Of a stretch of 64,000 nucleotides of DNA, positions 62,095-64,000 are shown piece after piece. Every line of letters starts with the position of its first letter. Position 1 is the stretch's first letter. Both the position numbers and the translations under genes were made by a program. The notes below the pieces were generated by a model. The model had not been told where the DNA came from, searched no databases, and worked only from the letters and a program-made list of their open reading frames with translations. The stretch is from Laetmonice hystrix (taxonomy: Eukaryota). The DNA lies in NCBI GenBank assembly GCA_965235115.1, contig OZ249436.1, forward strand, positions 28,646,001 through 28,710,000, written 5' to 3'.

Positions 62095-62799
62095 TATTAG
62101 CTTGTGACCAGTGGAAAACATCTTTTGTGTCTTTGACATGTGTTTCTATTAGATATATTGTAAATGCCTGTTGGTTTACGCATGAGTGTCGGGATAAATG
62201 CAAATATACATTTATATGTATGTACATACCACCGCTGCTCAACTATGAACTCACATGATATCGGGTGTACTTTCCCATATGCATCACTCGAGGACGATGA
62301 CCTCAGAGAACTCATGACTGTTAATTCTACTATTAACAACATATCACCGGAGACTGAACTAGCTGAACTAGCCACAGGTGATCTGAATGACCTTTTTCAA
62401 GATGTCGATCCTGAGATTATTTCCCAAAGAATACCCCCACTAAAGAAGCCCAGTATGTTACTGAAACCATATTTAGATCTAAAATGCAAAATTTCTCCAA
62501 ACAGAGCAATACACCATCCATTATATACATGTACATGAATACGCGAAGTCTCACAAAACATATAGATAAAATTGAACTTTTATTTCTTAATGAAGACTTC
62601 AAACCTATGTTCTTATGCTTTTGCATTAGGTAAATGATCAGAATTAGCAGCTTGTTCGCGGAATTTTTTTGCACGGGAAGTGGTTTGTCTTTCACTCGTA
62701 ACCAATCAGAAGACGTAATTTGATCACGTGCGTTTGTTTACCGGCCAAGCATGTGTTTTTGCCTCACTAAATCAAATGTTTCATCAATTCTTTGGATGG

Positions 62800-63190
62800 G
62801 TACAAACTGCGGTGACTTAACTGCATTTAAACCTCGGTAGTCTATGTCTAATCCTGTGACTTGCCATCCGCCTTTGCTATCAGAAAGGATGGCGAGGCCC
62901 ATGCACCTGATGTACATGGCTCTAATACACCAAGATCAATTTGTTCCTGGGCCGGTTTGTCTAATTTATCCCTCATTTTGGGAGACAAGCAATATGGAAG
63001 TTTATGGTTTGTGGGAACCACTGGAACTGTCTCAATTTCATGTTCAACCAAATCAGTGCATCCCAGTCTCCCATCTGGTCTCAAAAAGGCGTCCGAATTT
63101 TGTGCTGAAATATCTTGTAAAGCTTTCGTTTGTTCTGGTGTTAGGTTAGCTTTTGATAGATCAACCTGAGGTATATGTGAGGAATGCTCT
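62800..63190 (-). pseudogene. Ty3/Gypsy pol fragment (pre-RT linker and RT N-terminus)
   Basis: LTPEQ..L..N.DAF....LGCTDLVEHEIET....LPY.LSP......LGVLEPC.S.WASP.FLIAK.DG. Confidence 0.85.
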
Positions 63191-64000
63191 GTCTGATGTA
63201 TGCTAAATATTAGTCCATGGGCCAAGGGTTGAAACCCTCCCCCCCCCCGGGGGATTTTTGCAGACTACCATTTTTAGATACCCTGTGATATGCCATTCAA
63301 GAATCTGCTTGTCTGCACGAAAACTGTTGGTGGGTGAAGGCACTAGAGCAGATCAAAGTCGAAGTGGACATGCACATTTCACACGGCCAATTACAGGGTA
63401 GGGGAATAGTCGGGTAGCCAACCCAGGTAACCCGGAAATTTTTAGACCCGCAAGAGATTATGATTGATTTGTGTCCCTATAGGCTCTGTGAAGATTTTCA
63501 GCTTTGTTGGCCGAAGTTGGCTGTTGAGGAATTTTTTTTATAAGCTAATTTGCATAAATTAGCATAATTAATAACAAATCGTCATAAGCTCAGGTAACTT
63601 GAAAACCATTTGGCCTAGAATCATATGTAATAGCACTTTTCCATACAATATCAACACGGGGAATCCATTTGTGACATTTGTTTTGTGAATTAAGGTCAAG
63701 ATCAAGGTCAAATATCAAGGTCAAGGCCAAAAATGGCAAAAAAAACTGGGGTTTCCAGGACAGTTGGCCTAAAATCACATTTAATGGAGTGTTTCCTTAC
63801 AATATAGAGGCAGGCAATCCAATTATGGCATACGTCTTGTGATTCGACATTAAAGTCAAGGTCAAATGTCAAGGTCAAGGCCACAAGTGGCACAAATAGT
63901 CGGTTCGAAGTCCTTCTTTCCTGTAGTATCAGGGACATTTCAGCAGGAAACAAGCTCAAATTACGGACTACATGACTGGGGGCGGGGTGTGGGTGGGACT

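Larger units (their letters stand above)
59654..62630 (+). mobile_element. Decayed CR1/L2-like non-LTR retrotransposon: ORF1 (coiled coil + RRM-like + NADAR) and the start of ORF2 (APE endonuclease); 3'-truncated
   Basis: ORF1 motifs LETYSRKHNLVIEGLSE..E, DRYG..RPRPILARF and IYINEDLP. ORF2 from about 62245: FPYASLEDDDL..DVDPE/NY..Y, then YMNTRSLTKHIDKI (APE first motif). Interrupted by two MITEs, stops and frameshifts. Confidence 0.8.

Overview
Animal (most likely marine invertebrate) nuclear DNA, repeat-rich, with two spliced host genes transcribed divergently. (1) An RGS9BP/R9AP-R7BP family RGS anchor gene on the minus strand: 6 exons, 10859->2776, 275 aa. (2) MAP2K5/MEK5 on the plus strand: 20 coding exons, 32614-46027, 434 aa, with DFN in place of DFG and an altered activation loop. 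The rest is mostly mobile DNA: a young but internally deleted Ngaro-type tyrosine-recombinase retrotransposon with split direct repeats (22162-26713), a heavily decayed DIRS-like element, a tRNA-derived SINE, many MITEs, two satellite arrays, a 7.4-kb region bounded by inverted SAP-domain transposon ends, a Gypsy fragment, and a decayed CR1/L2-like LINE. The ORF1 of that LINE carries a C-terminal NADAR (YbiA-like N-glycohydrolase) domain, the most unusual thing seen. All homology calls are by eye from remembered family motifs; no searches were run.
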